The notes below the pieces were generated by a model, which made no database searches, had not been told where the DNA came from, and was given only the letters and a program-made list of their open reading frames with translations. A DNA stretch of 64,000 nt from Acidimicrobiales bacterium. Lineage in GTDB: Bacteria; Actinomycetota; Acidimicrobiia; Acidimicrobiales; CADCSY01. The translations under genes and the position numbers were made by a program. The stretch lies in contig DATKDW010000039.1 in assembly GCA_035512495.1 (NCBI GenBank), positions 10,753 to 74,752 on the forward strand, given 5' to 3'. Of the stretch, positions 34,290 to 42,998 are shown piece after piece (position 1 is the first letter of the stretch; each line of letters starts with the position of its first letter).

Positions 34290-35561
34290 TCAGGACTCGT
34301 CGGGGCAGACCGCGGCGTCGGGGTCGGTCGGGTGCCAACCGTCGATGACGACCTCGACCGGGCCCACCTCGGGCTGGTTGCGGCTCGCTGTGGGGATCTC
34401 CACCATCCACTCGACGCCCTCGGCGGGGATGAGGAGGTCGACGCCGGTCACGACGATCAGCTCCTCGGCGATCTCAGCGCTGAGGGTCAGGTGCTCGACC
34501 ATGATCTCGGCGTCTGCCGGGTTCTCGGCCGCACCGCGGATCACCACGACCCAGTGCCGGACGTCCTCGGAGTCGACCTCGGTGCGGAGACGGCCGTCGC
34601 GCAGGCTGGTCGTGACCGAGGTGACGTGGAGCTCGGGGATGACGGACAGGCACGGGGGGACCGGTCGTGTGGGCTCGCTCGGCGTCGGATTGGACGGCGC
34701 CGTCGGCGCGTCGGGCTCCGCGTTGTCGTCGCCGCGAGCGGGGTCGGGGCCGAGGGTGATCTCGCCGTCTGGCGCGGTCCGGACCCTCGGGGGCGTGGTG
34801 ACGATGCGAGCCGTGGAGCGCCCGGCGGTGGTCATGTCCTCGATGGCGCGGGTGAGGCTGGTCTGCGGATCGGTGGGCGAGACGTGGTGAGGGGAGCGGG
34901 CGGCAGCGGTGGCGGCCCGCTGCTCTCCCACATCGGCGCGTGCCGCTGCGCCGGCGATGGCCGATGAGGGCGGCGGCGGGGCGCTCGGGTTGAGCGCGAG
35001 GACCATGGCGAGGACGGCCGCACCGACCCCGGCGAGCGCCGGGCGGACCCCACCCCGCCGGACCGGGGCCGGCTCGAGGGGCACGTCGAGCCACTCGGTG
35101 TCGAGGTCGTCGAAGCTCGTGGTGCGGGGAGCGACCGCCACGGGCGGGGGGATGAGCGCCGGCCGGCTGTCGATCTCGGGACGGGCGGCGGGGGCGGCCA
35201 CGTCGTCGGCGAAGGAGGCGGCCACGTGGTCGAGGAAGTCGGCCAGGCGCAGCCCGCCGTGGACGGGGGGCTCGACGCCGGCCACCACCAGGTCGCCACC
35301 GAGGAGCCGGACGACGTCGCCGGTCACGAGGTGCCGGAGCGAACGGGCGGCGACGGCCTCGGGGATGGCGAACTCTCCGGCCAGCACCTCGAGGCGGAGG
35401 CGGACGCGCCCTGAGCCGTCGGCGTGGCCACCCAGGATCCCGAGGAGGCGGAGCGCCTCGAGGCGCTCGGGCCGGGAGACGCCGGCGCGCAGGAGCCGCA
35501 CGGACGCCGTTCCGACGACGTCCTCGGCTACGGGAAGGTCGACATCGATCCGCTCGTCCAT
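34290..35561 (-). CDS. Hypothetical single-pass membrane protein (possible N-terminal winged-helix, Pro-rich linker, C-terminal extracytoplasmic domain)
   Basis: ATG 35561 is preceded by GGAAGGAGG 10 nt upstream. One hydrophobic helix (GVRPALAGVGAAVLAMVLAL) and a C-terminal ~130-aa non-repetitive domain. No family recognised. Confidence 0.6.
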   Translation of the reverse strand: MDERIDVDLPVAEDVVGTASVRLLRAGVSRPERLEALRLLGILGGHADGSGRVRLRLEVLAGEFAIPEAVAARSLRHLVTGDVVRLLGGDLVVAGVEPPVHGGLRLADFLDHVAASFADDVAAPAARPEIDSRPALIPPPVAVAPRTTSFDDLDTEWLDVPLEPAPVRRGGVRPALAGVGAAVLAMVLALNPSAPPPPSSAIAGAAARADVGEQRAATAAARSPHHVSPTDPQTSLTRAIEDMTTAGRSTARIVTTPPRVRTAPDGEITLGPDPARGDDNAEPDAPTAPSNPTPSEPTRPVPPCLSVIPELHVTSVTTSLRDGRLRTEVDSEDVRHWVVVIRGAAENPADAEIMVEHLTLSAEIAEELIVVTGVDLLIPAEGVEWMVEIPTASRNQPEVGPVEVVIDGWHPTDPDAAVCPDES

Positions 35562-35778
35562 GTCGCCGATGCCTCCTTCCCGCTGTGTCGAGCGGCGCCC
35601 CGGGTGGCGGCGCGCCTGGTGTTGTTCCCCCGTTCCTCCCCTTGGTTCGACGTTCGGGCCGGTTCTTCCTGTTTCGCCGGACGTGTTCTGTCCTCTGACC
35701 TGGCGAGACGCTGCTGCCCGGCAGGGTGCGAGGACGCCGGTAGCGTGCCGGCATGGCCACCATCGACGGGCCCCGCGG

Positions 35779-37140
35779 GTGAGTGTGCCGCCTGCCGATC
35801 TCGTCGCCCGCCTTCGCGAGGCGGTCGGACCGGACCACGTGCTCGTCGACGCCGACCTCCGTGCCGGCGCCGAGGTCGACTGGACCGGCCGGTACCGAGG
35901 CGCGACGCCGGCGGTGGTGCGACCCGCCGATGCGGCCGAGGTCGCCTCCGTGCTGCTGGCGTGTGCCGCCTCCGGGGTCGCGGTGGTCCCCCAGGGCGGG
36001 AACACGGGGCTGGTCGGGGGTTCGGTCCCCCTCCACGGGGAGGTGGTGCTCTCGACCCGCCGGCTCGACACGCTCGGACCGGTCGATCCGCTGGCAGCAC
36101 AGGTCACGGTGGGGGCCGGGGCCACCCTCGAGGCGGTGGGGGGCCACGTGGCCCCCCACGGGCTCGTCCCGGGGATCGACCTCGGAGCCCGGGCCACGGC
36201 CACCATCGGGGGCATGGTGGCCACCAACGCTGGTGGCAACCAGCACCTCCGCCACGGCTCGATGCGCGCTCGCGTCGCAGGGGTCGAGGCGGTGCTCGCC
36301 AACGGCTCGATCGTGTCCCGCCTCCACGGCCTCGAGAAGGACAACACCGGCTACGACCTCACCGGGCTCCTGTGCGGGAGCGAGGGCACGCTCGGGGTGG
36401 TCACCGCCGTCCGCCTGCGCCTGGCACCAGCCCCGAAAGACCTGGTGACCTGCTTGGTCGCGCTCACGTCGGTCGACGCCGCCATGGCGGCGCTGATGAC
36501 CTTCCGTCAGGCCGGGACGGTGCTCGAGGCGGCGGAGCTGATGCTCCCCGAGGGGCTGGAGCTCGTGGCCCGACAGCTCGGGGTGACCGTCCCCCTCGAC
36601 GTCCGGCAGGGCGTGGGGGCACTCCTGCTCCTCGAGTGGGCCGGCGGCATGGCCGGCGGGGAGGCGGTCGCCCTCGTCGAAGGGGTGGTCGATGTCGCGG
36701 TGGCCGAGGACCCCGGACCCCGCCGGGCGCTCTGGCGGCTGCGCGAGGGGCACACGGAGGCGGTGGGAGCCCTCGGGACCCCCCACAAGCTCGACGTGAC
36801 CCTCCCGCTCCACGCTGTGGCCGGTTTCATCGCCGAGGTGGGGGCGGTGGTGGAGCGCGTGGCTGGGGGCGCCCGATGCGTGATCTGGGGTCACGCCGCC
36901 GACGGGAACCTCCACGTCAACGTCGTGGGTCCCGACCCGGCCGACGAACGCGTCGACGATGCCGTCCTGCGCCTCGTGGCGCACCGTGGAGGCAGCATCA
37001 GCGCCGAGCACGGCATCGGCGGCGCCAAGCGGCGCTGGCTCCACCTGGCCCGCAGCGAGGCCGAGATCGCCGCGCTCCGAGCCATCAAGGCCGCCCTGGA
37101 CCCCGGGGGGCTGCTCAACCCCCACGTCCTGTTTCCCTAG
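35779..37140 (+). CDS. FAD-linked oxidase (GlcD / D-lactate dehydrogenase family, VAO fold)
   Basis: GTG 35779, in frame in track ORF 34909..37140. VVPQGGNTGLVGGSVP, ATIGGMVATNAGG, KDNTGYDLTGLLCGSEGTLGVVT and GGSISAEHGIG. Confidence 0.88.
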   Translation: MSVPPADLVARLREAVGPDHVLVDADLRAGAEVDWTGRYRGATPAVVRPADAAEVASVLLACAASGVAVVPQGGNTGLVGGSVPLHGEVVLSTRRLDTLGPVDPLAAQVTVGAGATLEAVGGHVAPHGLVPGIDLGARATATIGGMVATNAGGNQHLRHGSMRARVAGVEAVLANGSIVSRLHGLEKDNTGYDLTGLLCGSEGTLGVVTAVRLRLAPAPKDLVTCLVALTSVDAAMAALMTFRQAGTVLEAAELMLPEGLELVARQLGVTVPLDVRQGVGALLLLEWAGGMAGGEAVALVEGVVDVAVAEDPGPRRALWRLREGHTEAVGALGTPHKLDVTLPLHAVAGFIAEVGAVVERVAGGARCVIWGHAADGNLHVNVVGPDPADERVDDAVLRLVAHRGGSISAEHGIGGAKRRWLHLARSEAEIAALRAIKAALDPGGLLNPHVLFP

Positions 37141-37148
37141 GCGCGTGG

Positions 37149-37910
37149 TCAGACCCACTCGCCGCGGCGCTCGAGGACGTCGCGCAGCACGGCGGGGCGA
37201 TCGGTCATGATCCCGTCGACCCCGAGGTCGAGGAGCCGGGTCATCTCGTCGGGGTCGTCGATGGTCCAGACGTGGACCTGGAGGCCGCGGCGGTGGGCGG
37301 CGGCGAGGAACCGGCGGTCGACGATCGTGACGCCCTTCGCCCGCACCGGCACCTGTGCGCAGCCAGCGAGCAGCGCGCCGGCGGGCAGCCGGAAGCTCGC
37401 CCCACGCAGCCGGGCTGTGCCCTTGGGCCCCAGCGACGTGCAGAGGTCCGGCCCGAGCTCGTCCTGCAGGCGGGCCAGGCGGCTGTCTGAGAAGGCCCCG
37501 ATGCAGACCCGGTCGGTGGCGTTGGTGCGCCGCAGCACCTCAGCCAGGGGTTCGACGGCGGCGTCGTGCTTGGGGTCGATGTTCACGCGGAGGTCAGGCC
37601 ACGTGCCGAGGAGGTCCTCGAGGAGGGGGATGGGCTCGGTCCCGTCGACCAGTGCCCTGCGAACCTCGGACCATGGGAGGTCGGCGATCCGGCCGGTGCG
37701 GTCGGTCACCCGGTCGAGCGTCTCGTCGTGGAAGGCGACGAGGGCGCCGTCGGCGGTGACATGCACGTCGGTCTCCACGTAGCGGTAGCCCAGGCCCACG
37801 GCGTGCGCGAAGGCCGGCAGCGTGTTCTCCGGGGCGTCGCTGGCCCCACCGCGGTGGGCGAAGGCCAGCGGTCCGGGGTGGTCGAGCACAGGCCATGGCG
37901 AGGAGGGCAT
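37149..37910 (-). CDS. Glycerophosphodiester phosphodiesterase
   Basis: AHRGGASDAPENTLPAF, VETDVHVTADGALVAFHDETLDR, and a C-terminal VHVWTIDD...GVDGIMTDRP. Confidence 0.9.
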   Translation of the reverse strand: MPSSPWPVLDHPGPLAFAHRGGASDAPENTLPAFAHAVGLGYRYVETDVHVTADGALVAFHDETLDRVTDRTGRIADLPWSEVRRALVDGTEPIPLLEDLLGTWPDLRVNIDPKHDAAVEPLAEVLRRTNATDRVCIGAFSDSRLARLQDELGPDLCTSLGPKGTARLRGASFRLPAGALLAGCAQVPVRAKGVTIVDRRFLAAAHRRGLQVHVWTIDDPDEMTRLLDLGVDGIMTDRPAVLRDVLERRGEWV

Positions 37911-37921
37911 CGCCGCCCAAC

Positions 37922-38281
37922 CTACGGCGCCTCCGCGTCGCGGATGGTGAACCGCTCCGTGAGGTGGGTCATGTCGAGCAGGTCGCGCACCGCGCGGCTG
38001 GGGCGGTGCAGCTCGAGGTGACCACCGGCCTCCTTGACGATTCGTTCGGCCCGAAGCAGCGATGCCAGACCCGACGACCCCATGAACACCACATCGGAGA
38101 GGTCGATGGTGATGAGTTCCGCGCCGCGGCGGAGGCCCTCGACCACCGCGTCGTCGACTCCGCCCTCGGAGGTGATGTCGACCTCGCCTCGAAGGACGAT
38201 CGTCGCTCGGTCGCCGGCGACCTCGAGCGAGGTCTCGTCCGAGGTCGCATCGCCCTGTTCACCGTCGTGGCGCTTCGCCAT
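37922..38281 (-). CDS. STAS-domain anti-sigma-factor antagonist
   Basis: IDLSDVVFMGSSGLASLL carries the conserved phosphorylatable Ser (DSSGL-like). Size 119 aa. Confidence 0.8.
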   Translation of the reverse strand: MAKRHDGEQGDATSDETSLEVAGDRATIVLRGEVDITSEGGVDDAVVEGLRRGAELITIDLSDVVFMGSSGLASLLRAERIVKEAGGHLELHRPSRAVRDLLDMTHLTERFTIRDAEAP

Positions 38282-38338
38282 GAGCCCGAAGTGTCACAGC
38301 ATCGGGCGGCGGTGACGCGGATGCCTCGACGCTGAGGC

Positions 38339-39862
38339 CTAGGAGGGCCAGTACTCGTCGCGGAGGAGGCGCTTGTAGAGCTTCCCCGTGGGGTGGCGGG
38401 GCAGCTCGTCGCGGAAGTCGACCGATCGCGGGCACTTGTAGTCGGCGAGCTGCTCCTTGCAGAAGGCGATCAGCTCGCGCTCGAGGTCGGGTCCGGCCTC
38501 GGCCATGTCCATCGGCTGCACGATGGCCTTGACCTCCTCGCCGAAGTCCTCGTTGGGCACGCCGAGGACGGCCACGTCGAGGACCTTGGGGTGCATGGTC
38601 AGGACGTTCTCGGCCTCCTGTGGGTAGATGTTCACTCCCCCCGAGATGATCATGTAGGCCTTGCGGTCGGTGAGGTACAGGTAGCCGTCGTCGTCGACGT
38701 AGCCCACGTCGCCGAGGGTCGACCACCCGTGCTCGTTGCGCGAAGCCGCCGTCTTCTCCGGGTCGTTGTGGTACTCGAACTCCGAACCGCCGCCGAAGAA
38801 AATCGAGCCGGCCTCGCCGGCCGGGAGCTCCTTGCCGTCCTCGTCGAGGATGTGGAGCTCGCCGATCAGGGGCTTGCCGACCGAGCCCCGGTGCTCGAGC
38901 CACTCCTCGGAGGATATGGCGCAGAACCCGTTGCCCTCGGTGCCGGCGTAGTACTCGAAGACCTTGGGACCCCACCACTCGATCATCTGCTCCTTCACCG
39001 GGATGGGGCAGGGAGCGGCGGCGTGGATGGCCACCTGGAGGCTGGAGAGGTCGTAGCGGTCACGGACCTCCTCGGGCAGCTTCAGCATGCGGACGAACAT
39101 CGTGGGCACGACCTGGGTGTGCGTCACCCGGTGCTCCTCGACGAGGCGCAGGAAGTCCTCCGGGTCGAAGCGCTCCATCACGAGCACGGTGCCGCCGATG
39201 CGGTGGATCGCCATGGTGAAGCGCAGCGGTGCGGCGTGGTAGAGCGGGGCGGGGGAGAGGTAGATCGAGTCGGCGTCGAACTGGTAGAGCATCTGGCCGA
39301 GGACGAGCACGGGCGACGGGGCGTCGACCGGCCCATCCGGGAGCGGCACCTTGACACCCTTGGGCTGACCGGTGGTCCCCGAGCTGTAGAGCATGTCGAC
39401 GCCCTGGGACTCGTCGTCGATCGGCGTGGTGGGGTGCTCGGCCACAGCGGCCTCGTAGGCGTCGTGGCCCTCGGCGTCGCCCTCGAGCATGAGGCGCACC
39501 TTGACGTTCGGGGTCGACCCGAGCAGCGACGCGGCGACGTCGCGCTTTGCCGAGGAGGTGATGAACACCTGGGCGCCGCAGTCGTTGACGATGTAGCTGG
39601 CCTCGGGCGCCGTCAGGCGCGAGCTGATGGCGGTGTAGTAGAGGCCGGCGCGCTGGGCCGCCCAGCAGATCTCGAAGAACCGGGGGTGGTTCTCGAGCAT
39701 CAGGGCGATGCTGTCGCCCCGACGGAGCCCGGCCGCCCTGAACAGGTGGGCCAGTCGGTTGGACCGCTCGTCGAGCTGGCGGTACGTGACCGTCTCACCG
39801 GAGCCGGCCATGACGTAGGCCGCCTTGTCGGGTGTCTGCTGGGCGTGCATACCGGGATACAT
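38339..39862 (-). CDS. Acyl-CoA synthetase / AMP-dependent ligase (FadD-like)
   Basis: MLYSSGTTGQPKGV AMP-binding motif, YAGTEG, GDVGYVDDDGYLYLTDRK, and a PTGKLYKRLLRD C terminus. ATG 39862 (alternative 39850). Confidence 0.9.
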   Translation of the reverse strand: MYPGMHAQQTPDKAAYVMAGSGETVTYRQLDERSNRLAHLFRAAGLRRGDSIALMLENHPRFFEICWAAQRAGLYYTAISSRLTAPEASYIVNDCGAQVFITSSAKRDVAASLLGSTPNVKVRLMLEGDAEGHDAYEAAVAEHPTTPIDDESQGVDMLYSSGTTGQPKGVKVPLPDGPVDAPSPVLVLGQMLYQFDADSIYLSPAPLYHAAPLRFTMAIHRIGGTVLVMERFDPEDFLRLVEEHRVTHTQVVPTMFVRMLKLPEEVRDRYDLSSLQVAIHAAAPCPIPVKEQMIEWWGPKVFEYYAGTEGNGFCAISSEEWLEHRGSVGKPLIGELHILDEDGKELPAGEAGSIFFGGGSEFEYHNDPEKTAASRNEHGWSTLGDVGYVDDDGYLYLTDRKAYMIISGGVNIYPQEAENVLTMHPKVLDVAVLGVPNEDFGEEVKAIVQPMDMAEAGPDLERELIAFCKEQLADYKCPRSVDFRDELPRHPTGKLYKRLLRDEYWPS

Positions 39863-39927
39863 GGGCCTGGACCGTATCGCACCCCTCCTGTCCTTCCCCC
39901 GGGGCACCGCTCGGTACGGTGGTCCCG

Positions 39928-40716
39928 GTGGACGCCACCGCACGCTTCGTCGAGCTGGTGCACCGGCCGGAGGGAGCGATCCCCCTCGACGAGGCAGCCT
40001 TGCTCATCGCCGCCCATGCGCACCCGGACCTCGACCCGGCGGCCGGTCAGGCCCGCCTCGACGAGATCGCTGGCGGGGTGCTCGGATCCACTCTCGACGC
40101 ACTGCGCAGGCACCTCTTCGTCGAGCTGGGCTTCACGGGCGACGACGTCCACTACCACGATCTTCGCAACTCGTTCCTCGACGACGTGCTGGAGCGGCGG
40201 GTGGGCATCCCCATCACCTTGTCCGTGGTGATGATCGAGGTGGGCAGGCGCGTGGGCGTGCCCCTCTCCGGCGTGTCCATGCCCGGGCACTTCCTTGTCC
40301 GTGACGGGATCGACCCCGACGTCTTCGTGGATGCGTTCGCTCGGGGCGCCGTCCTCGACGAGGCGGCCTGCCGGCAGCGCTTCCACCAGGTGCACGGGCC
40401 CGGGGCCGAGTTCGACCCCGCGTTCCTGAGGCCGGTCGGCACGGTGGCCATCATCACCCGGATGCTGGGCAACCTGGAAGGCATCGCCACCACTTCGGGG
40501 GACCGAGACCTCCTCAGCTGGGTGTTGACGTTGCGGTCGTCGATGCCCGATGCCGGTGGTGCCGAGCACCGCAAGCTGGCGGCGGTGCTGGCGTCGTCGG
40601 GTCGCTTCGGTGAGGCGGCGGGCATCCTCGACCGGCTCGCCGGCGAGCACCCCGACGAGGCGTCGTCGGCGCAGCTGGCGCAGGCAGCGCACCGCCTCCG
40701 CGCCAAGCTCAACTGA
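39928..40716 (+). CDS. SirB1/UPF0162-type transglutaminase-like + TPR-like protein
   Basis: GTG 39928. RRVGIPITLSVVMIEVGRRVGVPLSGVSMPGHFLVR is the family core. The C terminus is helical and repeat-like. Confidence 0.7.
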   Translation: MDATARFVELVHRPEGAIPLDEAALLIAAHAHPDLDPAAGQARLDEIAGGVLGSTLDALRRHLFVELGFTGDDVHYHDLRNSFLDDVLERRVGIPITLSVVMIEVGRRVGVPLSGVSMPGHFLVRDGIDPDVFVDAFARGAVLDEAACRQRFHQVHGPGAEFDPAFLRPVGTVAIITRMLGNLEGIATTSGDRDLLSWVLTLRSSMPDAGGAEHRKLAAVLASSGRFGEAAGILDRLAGEHPDEASSAQLAQAAHRLRAKLN

Positions 40717-42096
40717 TCAGGACAGGCCCAGGCGCCGCGACTGGTCGGACTGGAGGACGCCGTCGGGGTCCACCGAGCGGCGCACCGCCCGCCACTCCTC
40801 GAGCCTCGGGTACATGGTGGGTAGCAGCTCGGCGCGCATCCGGCTGTCCTTGGCGAGGTAGAGGCGTCCGCCGGCCTCGGCCACCAGATCGTCGATCCCG
40901 TCGAGGAGACCGCTCAGGTCGGGGTCACCCACCGGGATGTCGAGAGCGAGGGTCCACCCCGGGATGGGGAACGAGAGCGGGCCAGGGTTCCCGGGCCCGA
41001 AGCGCTTGAGGACCCCGAGGAAGGAGGCGCAGCGAGCTGCCGCGAGGCGCTCGACGATGGCGCGCAGCGTGGCCTCGGCGCCGAGCGGCACGACGAACTG
41101 GTGCTGGAGGAAGCCCCGGCGCCCGTAGAGGCGGTTCCACCCGACGACCGTGTCGAGGGGGTGGAAGAAGCGGGTGATCCCCTGCACCTCGCCAAGCCGA
41201 TCGCTGCTGGGCTTGCGATACCAGAGCTCGTTGAAGGCCCCCACGCTGAAGCGGTTGAGGAGGCCCGAAGGAACGTCGACCGGGATGGTCAGTCGGGGTC
41301 CCACCTCGTAGCGGAGGGGCTCGGCGCGCTGACGGCGCGGGAGCTGGTCGACGGTGGCGTGGTCGCCGCGGGTCAGGACCGAGCGACCGAGCGACGCCCC
41401 CTGGGCGAGGCAGTCGATCCACGCGACGGAGTACCGGTGGAGGGCGTCGCCTTCGACCATGCGGGCCATGCAGGACTCGAGGTCGGGGGCCCGCTCGGTG
41501 TCGACGACGAGCCGGGAGGTGGTGATCGGCTGGAGGCGGAGGGTGGCGTCGAGGACCATGCCGGTGAGCCCCATGCCTCCGGCGGTGGCCCAGAACAGCG
41601 CCGGCTCCCGCTCGGGGCCCACGACGCGTCGCTCCCCGGAGGGCAGCAGGAGGGTGACCGCGTCGACCCATTGGCAGAAGCTGCCGCGCACGTGGTGGTC
41701 CTTGCCGTGGATGTCGCTGGCGATCGCACCCCCGACGGTGACCTGGCGGGTCCCAGGGGTCACGGGCACGAACCACCCCTGTGGCACCAGGTCGCGCATG
41801 AGCTGGTCCAGGCTGCTGCCGGCGTCGACCACGGCTACGCCCGTGCGGGGGTCGAGCGACCGGACACCGCTGAGGGAGGTGCAGTCGACCACCGTCCCCC
41901 CGGCGTTGGTGGCGGAGTCGCCGTAGCTCCGCCCGAGGCCGCGGGCGATCACGCCACGGTCGGACGCCCTGGCGAGCAGGCGCGCAACGTCGTCGGGTCC
42001 CCTGGGCGAGGCGACCTGTGCCACCGTCGCGCCGGTCCCACCCCACCCGGTGAGCGCCGTCGGCGCCGTGGTCGTGCCGGTCGGCGGGTCGGTCAT
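40717..42096 (-). CDS. dprE1: Decaprenylphosphoryl-beta-D-ribose 2'-oxidase
   Basis: 459 aa, collinear with M. tuberculosis DprE1: LTGWGGTG, ARGLGRSYGD, TRQVTVGGAIASDIHGKDHH, ELWYRK, FLQHQFVVP, LSFPIPGW, GGRLYLAKDSR. ATG 42096 overlaps the ubiA stop. Confidence 0.93.
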   Translation of the reverse strand: MTDPPTGTTTAPTALTGWGGTGATVAQVASPRGPDDVARLLARASDRGVIARGLGRSYGDSATNAGGTVVDCTSLSGVRSLDPRTGVAVVDAGSSLDQLMRDLVPQGWFVPVTPGTRQVTVGGAIASDIHGKDHHVRGSFCQWVDAVTLLLPSGERRVVGPEREPALFWATAGGMGLTGMVLDATLRLQPITTSRLVVDTERAPDLESCMARMVEGDALHRYSVAWIDCLAQGASLGRSVLTRGDHATVDQLPRRQRAEPLRYEVGPRLTIPVDVPSGLLNRFSVGAFNELWYRKPSSDRLGEVQGITRFFHPLDTVVGWNRLYGRRGFLQHQFVVPLGAEATLRAIVERLAAARCASFLGVLKRFGPGNPGPLSFPIPGWTLALDIPVGDPDLSGLLDGIDDLVAEAGGRLYLAKDSRMRAELLPTMYPRLEEWRAVRRSVDPDGVLQSDQSRRLGLS

Positions 42097-42998
42097 GCGA
42101 CGTGGACGCCCGCGGCGAAGAGCGCGGCCCAGACGACCCCGAGGACCTGGAGCGTGCGGTCGCCGATCACGATGTCCTCCGGCGCGCCGCCCTCGCCGGT
42201 CGAGAGGCGAAGCGCGTAACGCAGCACGGCGAGGACGAAGGGGATGATCGAGAGCTGGAACCACACGCCGGCCTGGGAGGATCCCGCCTCTTCGAAGGCC
42301 CATAGGCAGTAGGCGAGCACCGCCACGCCCGACGCCACGGAGCGGACGTAGAGGAGGAACTGCGGGGAGTACGAGGCCAGGACGGCCCGCTGTCCGGCCA
42401 GGTCGCCCCCGGCGTCGATCTCCGCCGACCGCTTGCCGGACACCATGAACAGCGAGCCGAACGAGGCAACGATGAGGAACCACTCGGACACGTCCACTCC
42501 GGTGGCAGCGGCGCCGGCCACGGCCCGCAAGACGAATCCCCCGGCGACGGCGGCGATGTCGATGACCGCGATGTGCTTGAGGACGAGGGTGTAGCTCGTC
42601 GTGAGGGCGACGTAGGCGGCCACGGTCGCCGGCAGCTGCCACCGTCCGGTGGCGGCACCGACGGCGACGGCGGCGAGCACGAGCGTGATGCCGAGCACCC
42701 GGGCGCTCGCCACCGAGACCGCACCCGACGCCACGGGTCGGAACCGCTTGGTCGGATGGCGACGGTCGGCGTCGACGTCGTGGGCGTCGTTGAGGGCGTA
42801 CGTCCCGCTGGCGGCGAGGCAGAAGGCGACGAAGGCGACGAGGGTGCGCGCGAGGTCGCCGGGGTCGGTCAGCACGCCGGCCGCACCCGGTGCCGAGAGG
42901 ACCAGGACGTTCTTGATCCACTGCTTCGGCCGCAGGAGCCGCGCCAGGTCGCCGACTCGACCCGACGGTGGCGCGCCGGCCACGTGGCTCGTCGTCAC
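42093..42998 (-). CDS. ubiA: Decaprenyl-phosphate 5-phosphoribosyltransferase (UbiA superfamily, Rv3806c-like)
   Basis: RPKQWIKNVLV, YALNDAHDVDADRRHPTKRFRPVASG (NDxxDxxxD), polytopic. GTG 42998 overlaps the dprE2 stop. Confidence 0.9.
   Translation of the reverse strand: MTTSHVAGAPPSGRVGDLARLLRPKQWIKNVLVLSAPGAAGVLTDPGDLARTLVAFVAFCLAASGTYALNDAHDVDADRRHPTKRFRPVASGAVSVASARVLGITLVLAAVAVGAATGRWQLPATVAAYVALTTSYTLVLKHIAVIDIAAVAGGFVLRAVAGAAATGVDVSEWFLIVASFGSLFMVSGKRSAEIDAGGDLAGQRAVLASYSPQFLLYVRSVASGVAVLAYCLWAFEEAGSSQAGVWFQLSIIPFVLAVLRYALRLSTGEGGAPEDIVIGDRTLQVLGVVWAALFAAGVHVA

Noticed and set aside
34474-37158. Very long ORFs in alternative frames or strands (34474..37158 -, 8503..10041 +, 16318..19236 +, 42968..45049 +, 47989..50181 -, 35424..37490 +, 59806..61632 -)
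   Set aside because: All are Arg/Pro/Gly/Ala-dominated with no recognisable motifs. Each lies antisense to, or frame-shifted over, genes with strong family signatures. This is the typical open-frame artefact of >70% GC DNA.
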